Shown piece after piece: positions 51,083 through 60,762 of a stretch of 64,000 bases of DNA. The translations under genes were made by a program, and so were the position numbers. This DNA is from Sulfurospirillaceae bacterium. GTDB lineage: Bacteria > Campylobacterota > Campylobacteria > Campylobacterales > Sulfurospirillaceae. The notes under the pieces are model-generated. The model made no database searches and was not told the origin of the DNA. It saw only the letters and a list, made by a program, of their open reading frames with translations. Positions within the stretch are counted from its first letter, which is position 1. Each line of letters begins with the position of its first letter. The stretch is taken from positions 192,001 to 256,000 of the forward strand of contig JAWVXD010000001.1 of assembly GCA_033723415.1 (NCBI GenBank), in the 5' to 3' direction.

Positions 51083-52868
51083 AAAGCTACTTTTTGCTAT
51101 AAGCTCATTAGGTCTAGGTCATGCTACCAGAACTATGGCAGTTGTAAATCACTTTAAAAAAGATAATGAGATAACGATTATATCTTATGGCAATGCTTTG
51201 AATTTTTTAAAAAAAGAATTAAGTGGCGACAATATAGAATTTATACCATTTGTTGATTATCCAAATTTAGAGAGAGGGAAGGGGCTTAGTTTTTATTTTT
51301 ATCTTCTTATTGATCTGATAAAAACAAATTTGATCATCAGAGAAGAGAGAAAATATACAAAAGAGATCGAAAAAAGATTTGATTTTATATTTTCAGACGG
51401 AAGATACGGGATCTTTTCAAAAAAGATACCATCATTTTTGTTAAGTCATCAAATATCATTTATCCCTCCAAATGGATTGTCTGCATTTTCTTTTTTTGCA
51501 GATTTGGGCAATTACCTATATTTTAAAAATTTCAATGAGCTATTTATTCCTGATTTTGAAAATTTTGAAAATTCTTTGGCAGGAAAGTTATCTCATCCAA
51601 AATTTTTAAAGTACCTAAATTATGAATTTATAGGACTTCTATCTTCTTATGATAAAAAAGAGATACCAGAAGATATAGATTATCTTTTTGTTATAAGCGG
51701 GTATTTAAAAGAGCATAAAGACAACTTTATATCAAAGTTGATAGAAAACTCCAAAAAGCTAAAGGGATCTAAAGTTTTTGTATTAGGAGACACCAGTCAT
51801 GATGATATACAAACTCTAGAAGAATATGACATAACGATCTATCCGTCTGTATCTAGTGACATACGAGAAGAATTTTTTGCGAGAGCCAAGGTCATAATTT
51901 CTAGGACAGGGTATACGACTATTATGGATTTGGTGGAATTAGACAAAAAAGCCATCCTTTTTCCGACTCCTAATCAAAGCGAACAAGAGTATTTGGCAAA
52001 ATTTCATATGCATAAGAATAATTTTGTTATCTGCGAAGATAGTCAAAATTTTGACTTGCAGGAGCTGATCTTAAAATTGCCAATCACAAAGCCTTATATA
52101 CCTGAATCTAAAACTAAAGATTCATTAGAAAAGATAGAAAAAAAAGCTGAAGAGTACTTTATCCATAACTTTTTTTCTATTATTATCCCTGCATACAATG
52201 AGGCAAAATACATATCAAAAACTTTAGAAAAACTATCCGTCTTGGAGTACGACAATTTTGAGATTATCATAGTAGAAAATGGCTCTAGCGATAATACCTT
52301 TAAGATCGCTTCATCCTACAAAGAAACAATACCTAAATTGAAAGTGTATCAAAGTCCTAAAGGTGTATCAAAAGCTAAAAATGTTGGATTAAGCAAGGTC
52401 AGTGAAGATTCTAATTGGGTTATTTTTTTAGATGCAGACACTGAACTTGAGAGCAGATTTTTAAAAGATTTAAACAATTATTTAAATAAGAACAAAAACA
52501 ATAATCTCTGTGTCGGCACTTGTGAGATACTGGCATCTGACTCAAAAACTCTATATTCAAAACTATGGTTGAAATTTTATGATCTGGGTCATAAATTGAC
52601 TCAAACTTCATATTCAATGCAAATTGCAAAAACAGATATAGCACAAGGTATAAAATTTGATGAAGAACTTAACTATTCAGAAGATCTGAAATTTATAAGA
52701 AACATGCAAATTTTTGGAGAATTTTTCTTTTTTAATACAAAAGAAGTACTCACTTCTGTGAGAAGATTTGAAAAAGACGGTTATCTTAGAACACTCATAT
52801 ACTGGAATATACAAGCATTTACTCCTGAATTTTTGAAAAAAAATAAAAACTATAAATCTATTAGGTAA
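51069..52868 (+). CDS. Fused glycosyltransferase: N-terminal GT-B (GT28-like) and C-terminal GT2
   Basis: [23 protein letters not shown]; then [26 protein letters not shown]. Confidence 0.82.
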   Translation: MLKNKKLLFAISSLGLGHATRTMAVVNHFKKDNEITIISYGNALNFLKKELSGDNIEFIPFVDYPNLERGKGLSFYFYLLIDLIKTNLIIREERKYTKEIEKRFDFIFSDGRYGIFSKKIPSFLLSHQISFIPPNGLSAFSFFADLGNYLYFKNFNELFIPDFENFENSLAGKLSHPKFLKYLNYEFIGLLSSYDKKEIPEDIDYLFVISGYLKEHKDNFISKLIENSKKLKGSKVFVLGDTSHDDIQTLEEYDITIYPSVSSDIREEFFARAKVIISRTGYTTIMDLVELDKKAILFPTPNQSEQEYLAKFHMHKNNFVICEDSQNFDLQELILKLPITKPYIPESKTKDSLEKIEKKAEEYFIHNFFSIIIPAYNEAKYISKTLEKLSVLEYDNFEIIIVENGSSDNTFKIASSYKETIPKLKVYQSPKGVSKAKNVGLSKVSEDSNWVIFLDADTELESRFLKDLNNYLNKNKNNNLCVGTCEILASDSKTLYSKLWLKFYDLGHKLTQTSYSMQIAKTDIAQGIKFDEELNYSEDLKFIRNMQIFGEFFFFNTKEVLTSVRRFEKDGYLRTLIYWNIQAFTPEFLKKNKNYKSIR

Positions 52869-52870
52869 TT

Positions 52871-54271
52871 ATGGATTTCTCATTTCTTGATAAACTCATA
52901 AGTTTTTTGATTGATTACAAAGAGATTGCATATACGGTACTGTTCTTTGGTTCAATGTTTGAAACTATCATCGGATTTTCATTTTTTATTTATGGAGAAT
53001 TGTTCTTCTTAGCAGGAAGTATTATGGCAGGTATGGGTATTTTAAATATCTGGGAAGTTATAATAGTCCTGTATGTCGGAGGGATATTAGGAGATAGCAC
53101 AAGCTATTTTTTGGGAGTAAAATATGGACTTAATGTTTACAATAAATTTAAGAATGTTAAATTTTTAAATCGTTTTATAAATGAAAAAAATTATGATAAA
53201 GGTGTGAAGTTTTTTCAAAAAAGAGGTGCTATGAGTCTGTTCTTTGCCAGACTTTTGGGACCTATTTCTTGGATCACTCCATTTATCGCGGGTATTTACA
53301 AACTCGATTATAAAAAATTCTTACTTTACAATATCCCAGGTGTTATCATAGGAATAGGGCAATTTATAATAATAGGCTATTTTTTTGGTAGACATTTCGA
53401 TCTGGTTCTTAAAATTTTCTCAACTTATATCCTGATCGTTGCATTTGTATTGATATGCATCATATTTTTATACTATTACCTCAAGAAGAGAAAGCTTTTA
53501 AGTCAAATAAAACAGATTTTTATAGAAGATCGAAAACGAATTATTAGTTTTATTGCCAAAAATTTCTTCTTGACAAGTGCAGTTTTATTGTTGATCTATC
53601 TACTCTTTTTATTTTTTATTTTTTTCACGGATGCTGATAAAGAAGTGAAACCTATGCATCATCCTTTGCTTATCTCTATGAACATAAATCAATGTAAAAA
53701 TTTCCAACTTTACTATAAAACCGACAAAAAAAATATTATCCAGCCTATCAATGTAATATTGGAGACAAATCTAGGACCTTCTGACATATTTGATAAAAAT
53801 TGGATCAAAAATAAGATATTTGATATCAACGATATATCATTTCTTGAATATATAAGATTGTTAAAAGAAAAAACACCTCCTATAAGTTCTCTTTATTTTG
53901 ATGGATATCCGCAAGATTATGCTTATCAATATAAATCAAATTCTATTCAAAAGAGGCAACACATAAGACTTTGGAGATTTGTAAAAAAGCCTTTTTATTA
54001 CGTCTATTATGCCTCAATAACATACGATGACGGATTGAGTTTTAATTTTTATAATTACTTCTACTCTCCGATTCACAGGATTGATAAAAATATTGACAAG
54101 AGTAGAGATTTCTTTTATAAATATATGCGGCAAAGAAAAGATTTGAATGTAACATGTAGTTATATACAAACACAATGCGCAATAAGCAAGATATTAAATA
54201 ATGATGAGCTTAGTGACGAACAACCGTATTATAGTGACGGGAAAGTATTGTTATGCAAGATTTCTAAATAG
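52871..54271 (+). CDS. DedA domain fused to LssY C-terminal-like domain
   Basis: N-terminal DedA (GE..LAG, LGDSTSY, ARLLGP); C-terminal QPINVI, RQHIRLW, ASITYD, HRIDKNIDKSRD, DGK. Confidence 0.78.
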   Translation: MDFSFLDKLISFLIDYKEIAYTVLFFGSMFETIIGFSFFIYGELFFLAGSIMAGMGILNIWEVIIVLYVGGILGDSTSYFLGVKYGLNVYNKFKNVKFLNRFINEKNYDKGVKFFQKRGAMSLFFARLLGPISWITPFIAGIYKLDYKKFLLYNIPGVIIGIGQFIIIGYFFGRHFDLVLKIFSTYILIVAFVLICIIFLYYYLKKRKLLSQIKQIFIEDRKRIISFIAKNFFLTSAVLLLIYLLFLFFIFFTDADKEVKPMHHPLLISMNINQCKNFQLYYKTDKKNIIQPINVILETNLGPSDIFDKNWIKNKIFDINDISFLEYIRLLKEKTPPISSLYFDGYPQDYAYQYKSNSIQKRQHIRLWRFVKKPFYYVYYASITYDDGLSFNFYNYFYSPIHRIDKNIDKSRDFFYKYMRQRKDLNVTCSYIQTQCAISKILNNDELSDEQPYYSDGKVLLCKISK

Positions 54272-54338
54272 TTTAGAATTTTTATTGTAAATATTTAGTT
54301 ATAATCGAAGGTATTGAAACCTTCTAGAAGGAATCGTC

Positions 54339-54938
54339 ATGAAAGATTTTATTTTAAAAATCACAGCAGCTAAATGGAACTACTATTTTAGCCTTGTTAC
54401 AGATGGCATGACAGGTCTTGTGTTTCTTATATTGAGTTTTCATTTTTCAGAAGACTTGTGGTCCAGTATCGCACTGTTTGTAGTTGGCGTTGTTTGTTTT
54501 ACTTTTATAGAATACGCAGTACACGCTTGGTTATTTCATAAAAATCATTTTCTAAAAGTATTTATAGAAGGACATGCGCATCATCATCAAAACCCTTTCA
54601 GCTATGATGCCATGCCTTTTTTTGTCTCCGCTCTTATGGGGCTCTTAGCAGTTGAATTACTTTCACACGTCATGCCACACCGTGATGCTTTTGCATTTAT
54701 AGGAGGTCTTGCTATGGGGTATTTTAACTATGGCTTAACACATCACATAATGCACAGAAAAGAATTTTCAAGCCCATATTATAAGTATCTACAAAAATTT
54801 CATTTTGTTCATCATAAAAAACCAAAGATGAATCATGGTATTACTACTGATATCTTTGATAGGATATTTGGCACCTATTACCAATGGAGTGAAGAAGACT
54901 TAAAGGGCATGGAAAAGCTCAAAAGAATCAAAAAATAG
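54339..54938 (+). CDS. Fatty acid hydroxylase / sterol desaturase family di-iron enzyme
   Basis: His boxes EYAVHAWLFH, HAHHH, THHIMH, HFVHH; NHGITT..FDRIFGT. Confidence 0.88.
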   Translation: MKDFILKITAAKWNYYFSLVTDGMTGLVFLILSFHFSEDLWSSIALFVVGVVCFTFIEYAVHAWLFHKNHFLKVFIEGHAHHHQNPFSYDAMPFFVSALMGLLAVELLSHVMPHRDAFAFIGGLAMGYFNYGLTHHIMHRKEFSSPYYKYLQKFHFVHHKKPKMNHGITTDIFDRIFGTYYQWSEEDLKGMEKLKRIKK

Positions 54939-54950
54939 CAAAGAAGCATT

Positions 54951-56084
54951 TTGAAAAATATCGATAAAAATATCATATACTTAGGTTGGGTCAGTTTTTT
55001 TACCGATATGGCTTCTAATATGGTTACAACACTTTTACCTATCTTTATCATCTATGTTTTACATGAAGGCGTCGATAAGCTTGGGATCATCATAGCGATA
55101 GCTACTTTCATATCCTATATCTTCAGGATAGTATTTGGTTACCTCAGCGATAGATTTCAGATCGTCAAGCCTTTTGTTGTTGCAGGTTATTTCATCTCTG
55201 CTATAGCTAAACCATTGATGGCATTTTCCGGCACGTATTTGGCAGTAGCAACTCTAAGAGGTGCAGAGAGGATGGGTAAAGCGATCCGTAGTGCCTCAAA
55301 AGATTCACTTATAAGCTCATACGCAAAAGAAAAAGCGGATGGTAAAACGTTTGGTTTTCACAAGATGATGGATATATCAGGAGAGTTATTTGGTGCTTTG
55401 ATCATCTTTGTCATTTTTATGTTCTTTGCAAAAAGCGAAGTTGCCATACGGGATATCTTTGCATTTACCTTGATCCCCGGACTCATGGCCACAATGATAG
55501 CTTATGTCTTAGTAAAAGACACTCCTTATAAACATAAATCCAAAAATATTGTTGTTAACAAAGAAGATTTGAAACTTTTACCGATTCTTTTTATATACTT
55601 TGGTTTTGTTTTCTTTGTGATGAGCGAGCAGTTTTTTATCTTAAAAGCAAAAGAGTTAGGATATGAACTCAGTACTATCTCCCTTTTTATAATGGTCTTT
55701 ACATTCACTCAAGCAGTCGTGAGCTACTACGGTGGAATCTTTAGCGACAAATTTGGGATTTATAAAAGTCTGGTAGCCTCTTTTATGTTTGCAATCTTAT
55801 CAATCATGACATTAGAAATAAATCTTTGGATTTCTTTTATATTTTTAGGTCTTTTTACTGTTATAAGCTTAAATGCCATTCGGGCGGATATATCCAAAAA
55901 TGCTATATCAAAAGGTTTTATTTACGGTATCTTTTACGCAGGCGTAGCTATCTTTAGTTCATTAGGAGCATTAATTGTAGGCTTTATCTGGAAGATCTAC
56001 GGATTTGATACGGTTGTAATATTTAGCGAAGCCGGAATGATTATTATGCTAATATTGTTAATGCTCTCAATAAAGAAAATTTAA
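54951..56084 (+). CDS. MFS transporter
   Basis: LGWVSFFTDMAS, GYLSDRF, ERMGKAIR, FGFHKMMD; multiple TMs. Confidence 0.88.
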   Translation: MKNIDKNIIYLGWVSFFTDMASNMVTTLLPIFIIYVLHEGVDKLGIIIAIATFISYIFRIVFGYLSDRFQIVKPFVVAGYFISAIAKPLMAFSGTYLAVATLRGAERMGKAIRSASKDSLISSYAKEKADGKTFGFHKMMDISGELFGALIIFVIFMFFAKSEVAIRDIFAFTLIPGLMATMIAYVLVKDTPYKHKSKNIVVNKEDLKLLPILFIYFGFVFFVMSEQFFILKAKELGYELSTISLFIMVFTFTQAVVSYYGGIFSDKFGIYKSLVASFMFAILSIMTLEINLWISFIFLGLFTVISLNAIRADISKNAISKGFIYGIFYAGVAIFSSLGALIVGFIWKIYGFDTVVIFSEAGMIIMLILLMLSIKKI

Positions 56085-56116
56085 CATCTTTAATTTTAGT
56101 TTCGATAAAATACACA

Positions 56117-58333
56117 ATGAAAAAAAATTACAGGTATAAAATAGAAGGTATTGTCCAAGGGGTTGGATTTAGACCTTTTGTGTATCAGCTTGCTACTTCT
56201 TATTCTCTTTTCGGATATGTTTTAAATGATGCGATGGGCGTTTTGATAGAAGTTGAGGGAAAAGCAGAAGATTTAGAACTATTTGATGCAGATTTACGCA
56301 CAAAGATACCGCCTCTGGCAAGGATTGACTTTATCAGCCAAGAAGAAAAACCAAACTTCGGATACATACAATTTGAGATAAGAAAAAGCAGTGAAACTTT
56401 TACAAAACAGACACTGGTGTCTCCTGATATGTCGATTTGTGATGATTGTCTCAGAGAACTTAAGGATGAGACTAACTTTAGATATAACTATTTTTTTATA
56501 AATTGTACCAATTGTGGTCCAAGATACTCTATCATCAGAACTGTTCCTTATGACAGGGCCAATACTTCCATGAGCAAGTTTAAGATGTGTCCTGTTTGCG
56601 AGTGCGAGTACAAAGATCCGATGAACCGCAGATACCACGCGCAGCCGATCAGTTGTTCTAAGTGTGGTCCTGGGCTTTTTTTGAAAGATATAAAAGGCAA
56701 TCTATTAGCTAAGAACAATGATGCAATAGCAAAGTTGGCTATTTTAATCAAAGAGGGCAATATCGTTGCTATGAAAGGAATGGGCGGTTTTCACCTTATC
56801 TGTGATGCTACATGTGATGAGACTCTCATAGAACTTAGGAAAAGAAAAAACCGACCGAGTAAACCTTTTGCCGTCATGTTCAAAAATATCCAAGAAGTTG
56901 AAAAATACTGTGATACAACAGAGTTTGAGCGACATGCCATAACATCTCAACAACGACCTATCGTGCTTGTGAAAAAAGTAAAATCAGCAAGTACAGTGAG
57001 TGAACATGTCGCGCCGCATATAGATAGACTTGGAGTGTTTCTACCATATACGCCGCTTCATGTATTGTTACTTGAAAAATTGGATTTTCCTATTGTCGCT
57101 ACTAGTGCGAATAGATCAGGCGAGCCGATACTCACAAATGAGCGCGATTTAAACGATTCACTAAGCGGAGTGATTGATTACTATCTGGATTATAACAGAG
57201 AGATCGTCAATTCAAGTGATGACAGCGTGCTGCAGATGATCGGCGGCAAGCAGCTCATGATGAGAGCATCGCGTGGTTTTACACCGACGAGTTTTAGATA
57301 TAAATCACATGACAAACATATACTAGCAGTAGGAGCGCATCAAAAAAATGCTATAGCGATGTATCTCAACAATCAAGTGATATTCAGCCCTTACATCGGA
57401 GATCTAGAGAGTGTGAAGAGTTGCGAGTTTTTCGAAAGAACGCTTGAGGTGTTCAAGAGACTCTATAACTTCGATCCCACACTCATCATCTGTGATATGC
57501 ATCAAAACTACTTCAGTACACAGTGGGCAAAAAAACAAAACAAAGAAGTCAAACAAGTCCAACACCACTATGCACACATACTCGCTTGTATGTTTGAACA
57601 TGAGCTGGATAGAAAAGTTCTAGGCGTCGCATGGGATGGCACGGGTTATGGCGATGACGGGTCGATCTGGGGCGGAGAGTTTCTATTAAGTGATAGAGCA
57701 GGGTATGAGCGCGTAGCGCATTTTGAGCCATTTTCTCTTTTGGGAGGAGATAAGAGCGTCAAAGACATCAAAAGAGTGGCACTCTCTATGATCTTCGATG
57801 TTTCCAAAGATGAAGCATCGGAAGATTTTGGAGATTTTATAAAACTGTTCTCTAAAAGTGAACTCTCGATACTGCGCCAGATGCATCAAAAGAACATCCA
57901 CGCACCAAAATGCAGCTCAGTCGGCAGGATATTTGACGCAGTCGCCGTCTTTAGCGGAGTTTGCGAGAGTGTCACCTATGATGGAGAGAGCGGTTTGATA
58001 GTAGAGAGCTTATATGATGAGCGTATCAAAGATGCCTATGAGTTTTATCTAGATGATGATGTTATCCGCTACAAGCACATCTTTGCCCAAATGCAAAAAG
58101 ACAAAGATCCAAAAGTCATAGCCACCAAGTTTATCAATGCGTTGGTAGATATATTTTTCAAAGTCTCGGATCGCTATGATCTAGACATAGTCTTAGGGGG
58201 AGGCGTTTTCCAAAACCGAACGCTTTTAGAGAAGATCTTGGAAAAAGCTATAAAAGACAATATCTACTTTCCGAATAAACTCCCTATAAATGATAGTTCC
58301 ATTGCTATAGGTCAGTTGTATGGTTATTTGTAA
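56117..58333 (+). CDS. hypF: Hydrogenase maturation carbamoyltransferase HypF
   Basis: GIVQGVGFRP, CxxC Zn fingers, KGMGGFHL, QHHYAH, DGTGYG, SSVGR, ND..IAIGQ. Confidence 0.96.
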   Translation: MKKNYRYKIEGIVQGVGFRPFVYQLATSYSLFGYVLNDAMGVLIEVEGKAEDLELFDADLRTKIPPLARIDFISQEEKPNFGYIQFEIRKSSETFTKQTLVSPDMSICDDCLRELKDETNFRYNYFFINCTNCGPRYSIIRTVPYDRANTSMSKFKMCPVCECEYKDPMNRRYHAQPISCSKCGPGLFLKDIKGNLLAKNNDAIAKLAILIKEGNIVAMKGMGGFHLICDATCDETLIELRKRKNRPSKPFAVMFKNIQEVEKYCDTTEFERHAITSQQRPIVLVKKVKSASTVSEHVAPHIDRLGVFLPYTPLHVLLLEKLDFPIVATSANRSGEPILTNERDLNDSLSGVIDYYLDYNREIVNSSDDSVLQMIGGKQLMMRASRGFTPTSFRYKSHDKHILAVGAHQKNAIAMYLNNQVIFSPYIGDLESVKSCEFFERTLEVFKRLYNFDPTLIICDMHQNYFSTQWAKKQNKEVKQVQHHYAHILACMFEHELDRKVLGVAWDGTGYGDDGSIWGGEFLLSDRAGYERVAHFEPFSLLGGDKSVKDIKRVALSMIFDVSKDEASEDFGDFIKLFSKSELSILRQMHQKNIHAPKCSSVGRIFDAVAVFSGVCESVTYDGESGLIVESLYDERIKDAYEFYLDDDVIRYKHIFAQMQKDKDPKVIATKFINALVDIFFKVSDRYDLDIVLGGGVFQNRTLLEKILEKAIKDNIYFPNKLPINDSSIAIGQLYGYL

Positions 58334-58365
58334 GTTAATATATAAAAAAGTACAGGAGTCGCGAA

Positions 58366-59019
58366 ATGCAATTTAACAAAAACCTAGTTTTACTAAGTTT
58401 GCTAATCTCATTCATGTTTAGTGGATGTGCAACATTTTTATCAGGAACCTATTCTCAAAAGGTTGATCCAAACTACAAGATCGCTCCACAGGACACGATC
58501 CTAGTGACAACAAATGAGAATGATCTTGACTCGAAATTTTATGTCAATTATGTTGCTAACGCGTTAAAAAATAAAGGTTTTTATAATGTCTATAGGTATA
58601 TCGATACTAAGTTACCACCGATACGGTACACTGTGGTCATACAAGTGTATCAAAAAACAAAAACGTACACATACAATAGCGCTGATTATGGATATAAATG
58701 GGATGGAACGGTTACCACGAAATGTACCAAACATGGAAATACCACGGAGTGTGTTAAAACAAGAAATAAAGTATATGGGATTATTGGTTACTCTAACAAG
58801 ATAGGGCATATAGACGGGCATTACTTTATCATGAATTGGTATGAAAATGTGAGTAAAGAAAAAATATTTTTTGCTGAGGGATCAACTACTCAAACCGATT
58901 GTACCAATGATAAACTATATCAATTTTTGATTGATGAAAGCATCAAAAGGATGAACTTTCAAAAGCCGATGGATGATAAATTTACAGTTCAAATGCCAGA
59001 AGGATATACCTGCCGATAA
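58366..59019 (+). CDS. Hypothetical lipoprotein
   Basis: Lipobox FSGC after a hydrophobic signal; AGGAG SD. Confidence 0.7.
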   Translation: MQFNKNLVLLSLLISFMFSGCATFLSGTYSQKVDPNYKIAPQDTILVTTNENDLDSKFYVNYVANALKNKGFYNVYRYIDTKLPPIRYTVVIQVYQKTKTYTYNSADYGYKWDGTVTTKCTKHGNTTECVKTRNKVYGIIGYSNKIGHIDGHYFIMNWYENVSKEKIFFAEGSTTQTDCTNDKLYQFLIDESIKRMNFQKPMDDKFTVQMPEGYTCR

Positions 59020-59165
59020 AGCAGGTTTTTTATAGAATCCTAAATGAAAAGTTGCGGAAATTGGGCTGTACTTCTACAGGATGTCATTAGTGCTTATATA
59101 AAGAATATGCTATAATAAATATACTATAAAGTACTAAAATATAATGACACCAAAAAGCGAGAAGC

Positions 59166-59981
59166 ATGAAAAGAACCATATCGGTAATAATTTTAATAGC
59201 TATGGCTATACCTATAGGATTTTTTTTCTATAGTCTTTACCAAGAGACGAACACTGCAAAACCAGATATTATATACAAAAAAATTACCAGTTTCAGTGAT
59301 ATTGATTTACTAAAAGGTAAGAGTGTTAAGCCAGTACTCTATACTTCTGTGATACCACTGGTTTCGCTTACTGTAGAAAAAAGAAAAGAGGCTTTTATCT
59401 CAATCATGTTACCTTCGATTTTATTGGCAAAACACAAGATCAAGATGCAGCGTGAGCATGTTGAAAGTATCTTGGCAAAAAGTACTCGAAGTGTTGAAGA
59501 CCAAAAGATCATAGACAAATTCAAAAAAGTTTTTAGCCTAAAAGATGCAACCCTGATTCCCAAGAAACTTGTAACGCACTCAACTAGCATCGTATTGGCT
59601 CAAGCTGCCATAGAAAGCGGCTGGGGAAGCTCAAGATTTTTTTTACAAGCCAATAATATCTTTGGTATGTGGTCGTTTAATCCCAAGGATGACCGTATAG
59701 CAGCAGGTGCCACAAGGGAAGGCAAAACCATCTATCTTAAAAAATATTTGAGTTTAGAGGGTTCTGTGTATGATTATTTTCAAACTCTCTCAAAAGTAGG
59801 CTCTTATGAAAAATTTAGAGAAGCAAGAAGGCAGACCGATAATCCGCTTGAACTCATAAAATACTTAGACAATTACTCGGAGCTTGGCGATGTGTATACG
59901 CAAAATCTTAAAACCGTGATAGAAAAGAATGATTTGCAAAAATATGATGATTACAAGCTGGCACTATCAAATGTACAATAA
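59166..59981 (+). CDS. Glucosaminidase (GH73, Bax-like) domain protein
   Basis: LAQAAIESGWGSSRF, ANNIFG, YSELG; N-terminal TM; TGcTATAAT upstream. Confidence 0.88.
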   Translation: MKRTISVIILIAMAIPIGFFFYSLYQETNTAKPDIIYKKITSFSDIDLLKGKSVKPVLYTSVIPLVSLTVEKRKEAFISIMLPSILLAKHKIKMQREHVESILAKSTRSVEDQKIIDKFKKVFSLKDATLIPKKLVTHSTSIVLAQAAIESGWGSSRFFLQANNIFGMWSFNPKDDRIAAGATREGKTIYLKKYLSLEGSVYDYFQTLSKVGSYEKFREARRQTDNPLELIKYLDNYSELGDVYTQNLKTVIEKNDLQKYDDYKLALSNVQ

Positions 59982-59990
59982 GCTTGACTA

Positions 59991-60659
59991 TTACACATGT
60001 ATCGCAATATAAAGTCTCGCTAATATCTCTTTTTGTTCTTCTTTTGTATAGTTAAACTTAAACTCTATTTCTTTTAGGTAGTAGAAAAAATTCTCAGGTC
60101 TGATGCCTTTGTATTTCGTGATTGAGTCTTCAAAAAATATCCAGAACCTTGTGATGAGGTTGTCGATATTTTGGATCTTGGCGATCTTGTTGAACATCAT
60201 GAACTTTGAGAGTTCTTTGAAGTAGGATTTGTCGGCACCGTCTTCGAGAAAGTCATCTTTGTATTTGTTCAGATTTGGCATGGGCAGATTAAAGACTTTG
60301 TCTTCGTAGTGAAAAGTCAGGAAATTTTGTGCATCAAAGATATTTTTTTCTACTTTTTTTTTGCTTTGCTCAAGGTAGAGATACTCATCGTACTCTACAA
60401 CTTCTTTGTTCAAATACGCATCTTCGGCAAATTTTGCGACAAGCTTTCTAAAGTCATCATATCTGCTTTTGACTGTCATATAATTTACTCCAAGCGCAAT
60501 GCTCGTTTTGTGAGCACTGATTTCATCACAAAAAGATTCTATGATGCTATAATTGAGTTCAAGTTTTTTCGGGCTAAACTTCTTTCCGCATTTCGCACAT
60601 TTGAGTTGAGCGGTTTTGAGTTTGTAAAGTTTGTCGTGGCTGCAAAATATACATTTCAT
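59991..60659 (-). CDS. IS1016/IS1595-like transposase homolog, apparently catalytically defective
   Basis: CxxC..CxxC Zn ribbon, HTH, EYDEY, C-terminal FW..KYKGI..F..YLKEIEFKFN; no flanking terminal IRs seen. Confidence 0.7.
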   Translation of the reverse strand: MKCIFCSHDKLYKLKTAQLKCAKCGKKFSPKKLELNYSIIESFCDEISAHKTSIALGVNYMTVKSRYDDFRKLVAKFAEDAYLNKEVVEYDEYLYLEQSKKKVEKNIFDAQNFLTFHYEDKVFNLPMPNLNKYKDDFLEDGADKSYFKELSKFMMFNKIAKIQNIDNLITRFWIFFEDSITKYKGIRPENFFYYLKEIEFKFNYTKEEQKEILARLYIAIHV

Positions 60660-60762
60660 AAGTGATTTTATCATAATTTGTGCCAAAAACATATAAGAAA
60701 CTGATTTATTAATTATAGTTTTATATAAAAGTTATAGAATTGTGAATAATAATTCACTATCT

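Noticed and set aside
59063..59073. GGGCTGTACT resembling an IS1016-type terminal repeat, with an 8-bp inverted match near 58348
   Set aside because: No partner repeat flanks the transposase-like gene, there is no TSD, and the match is too short to exceed chance.
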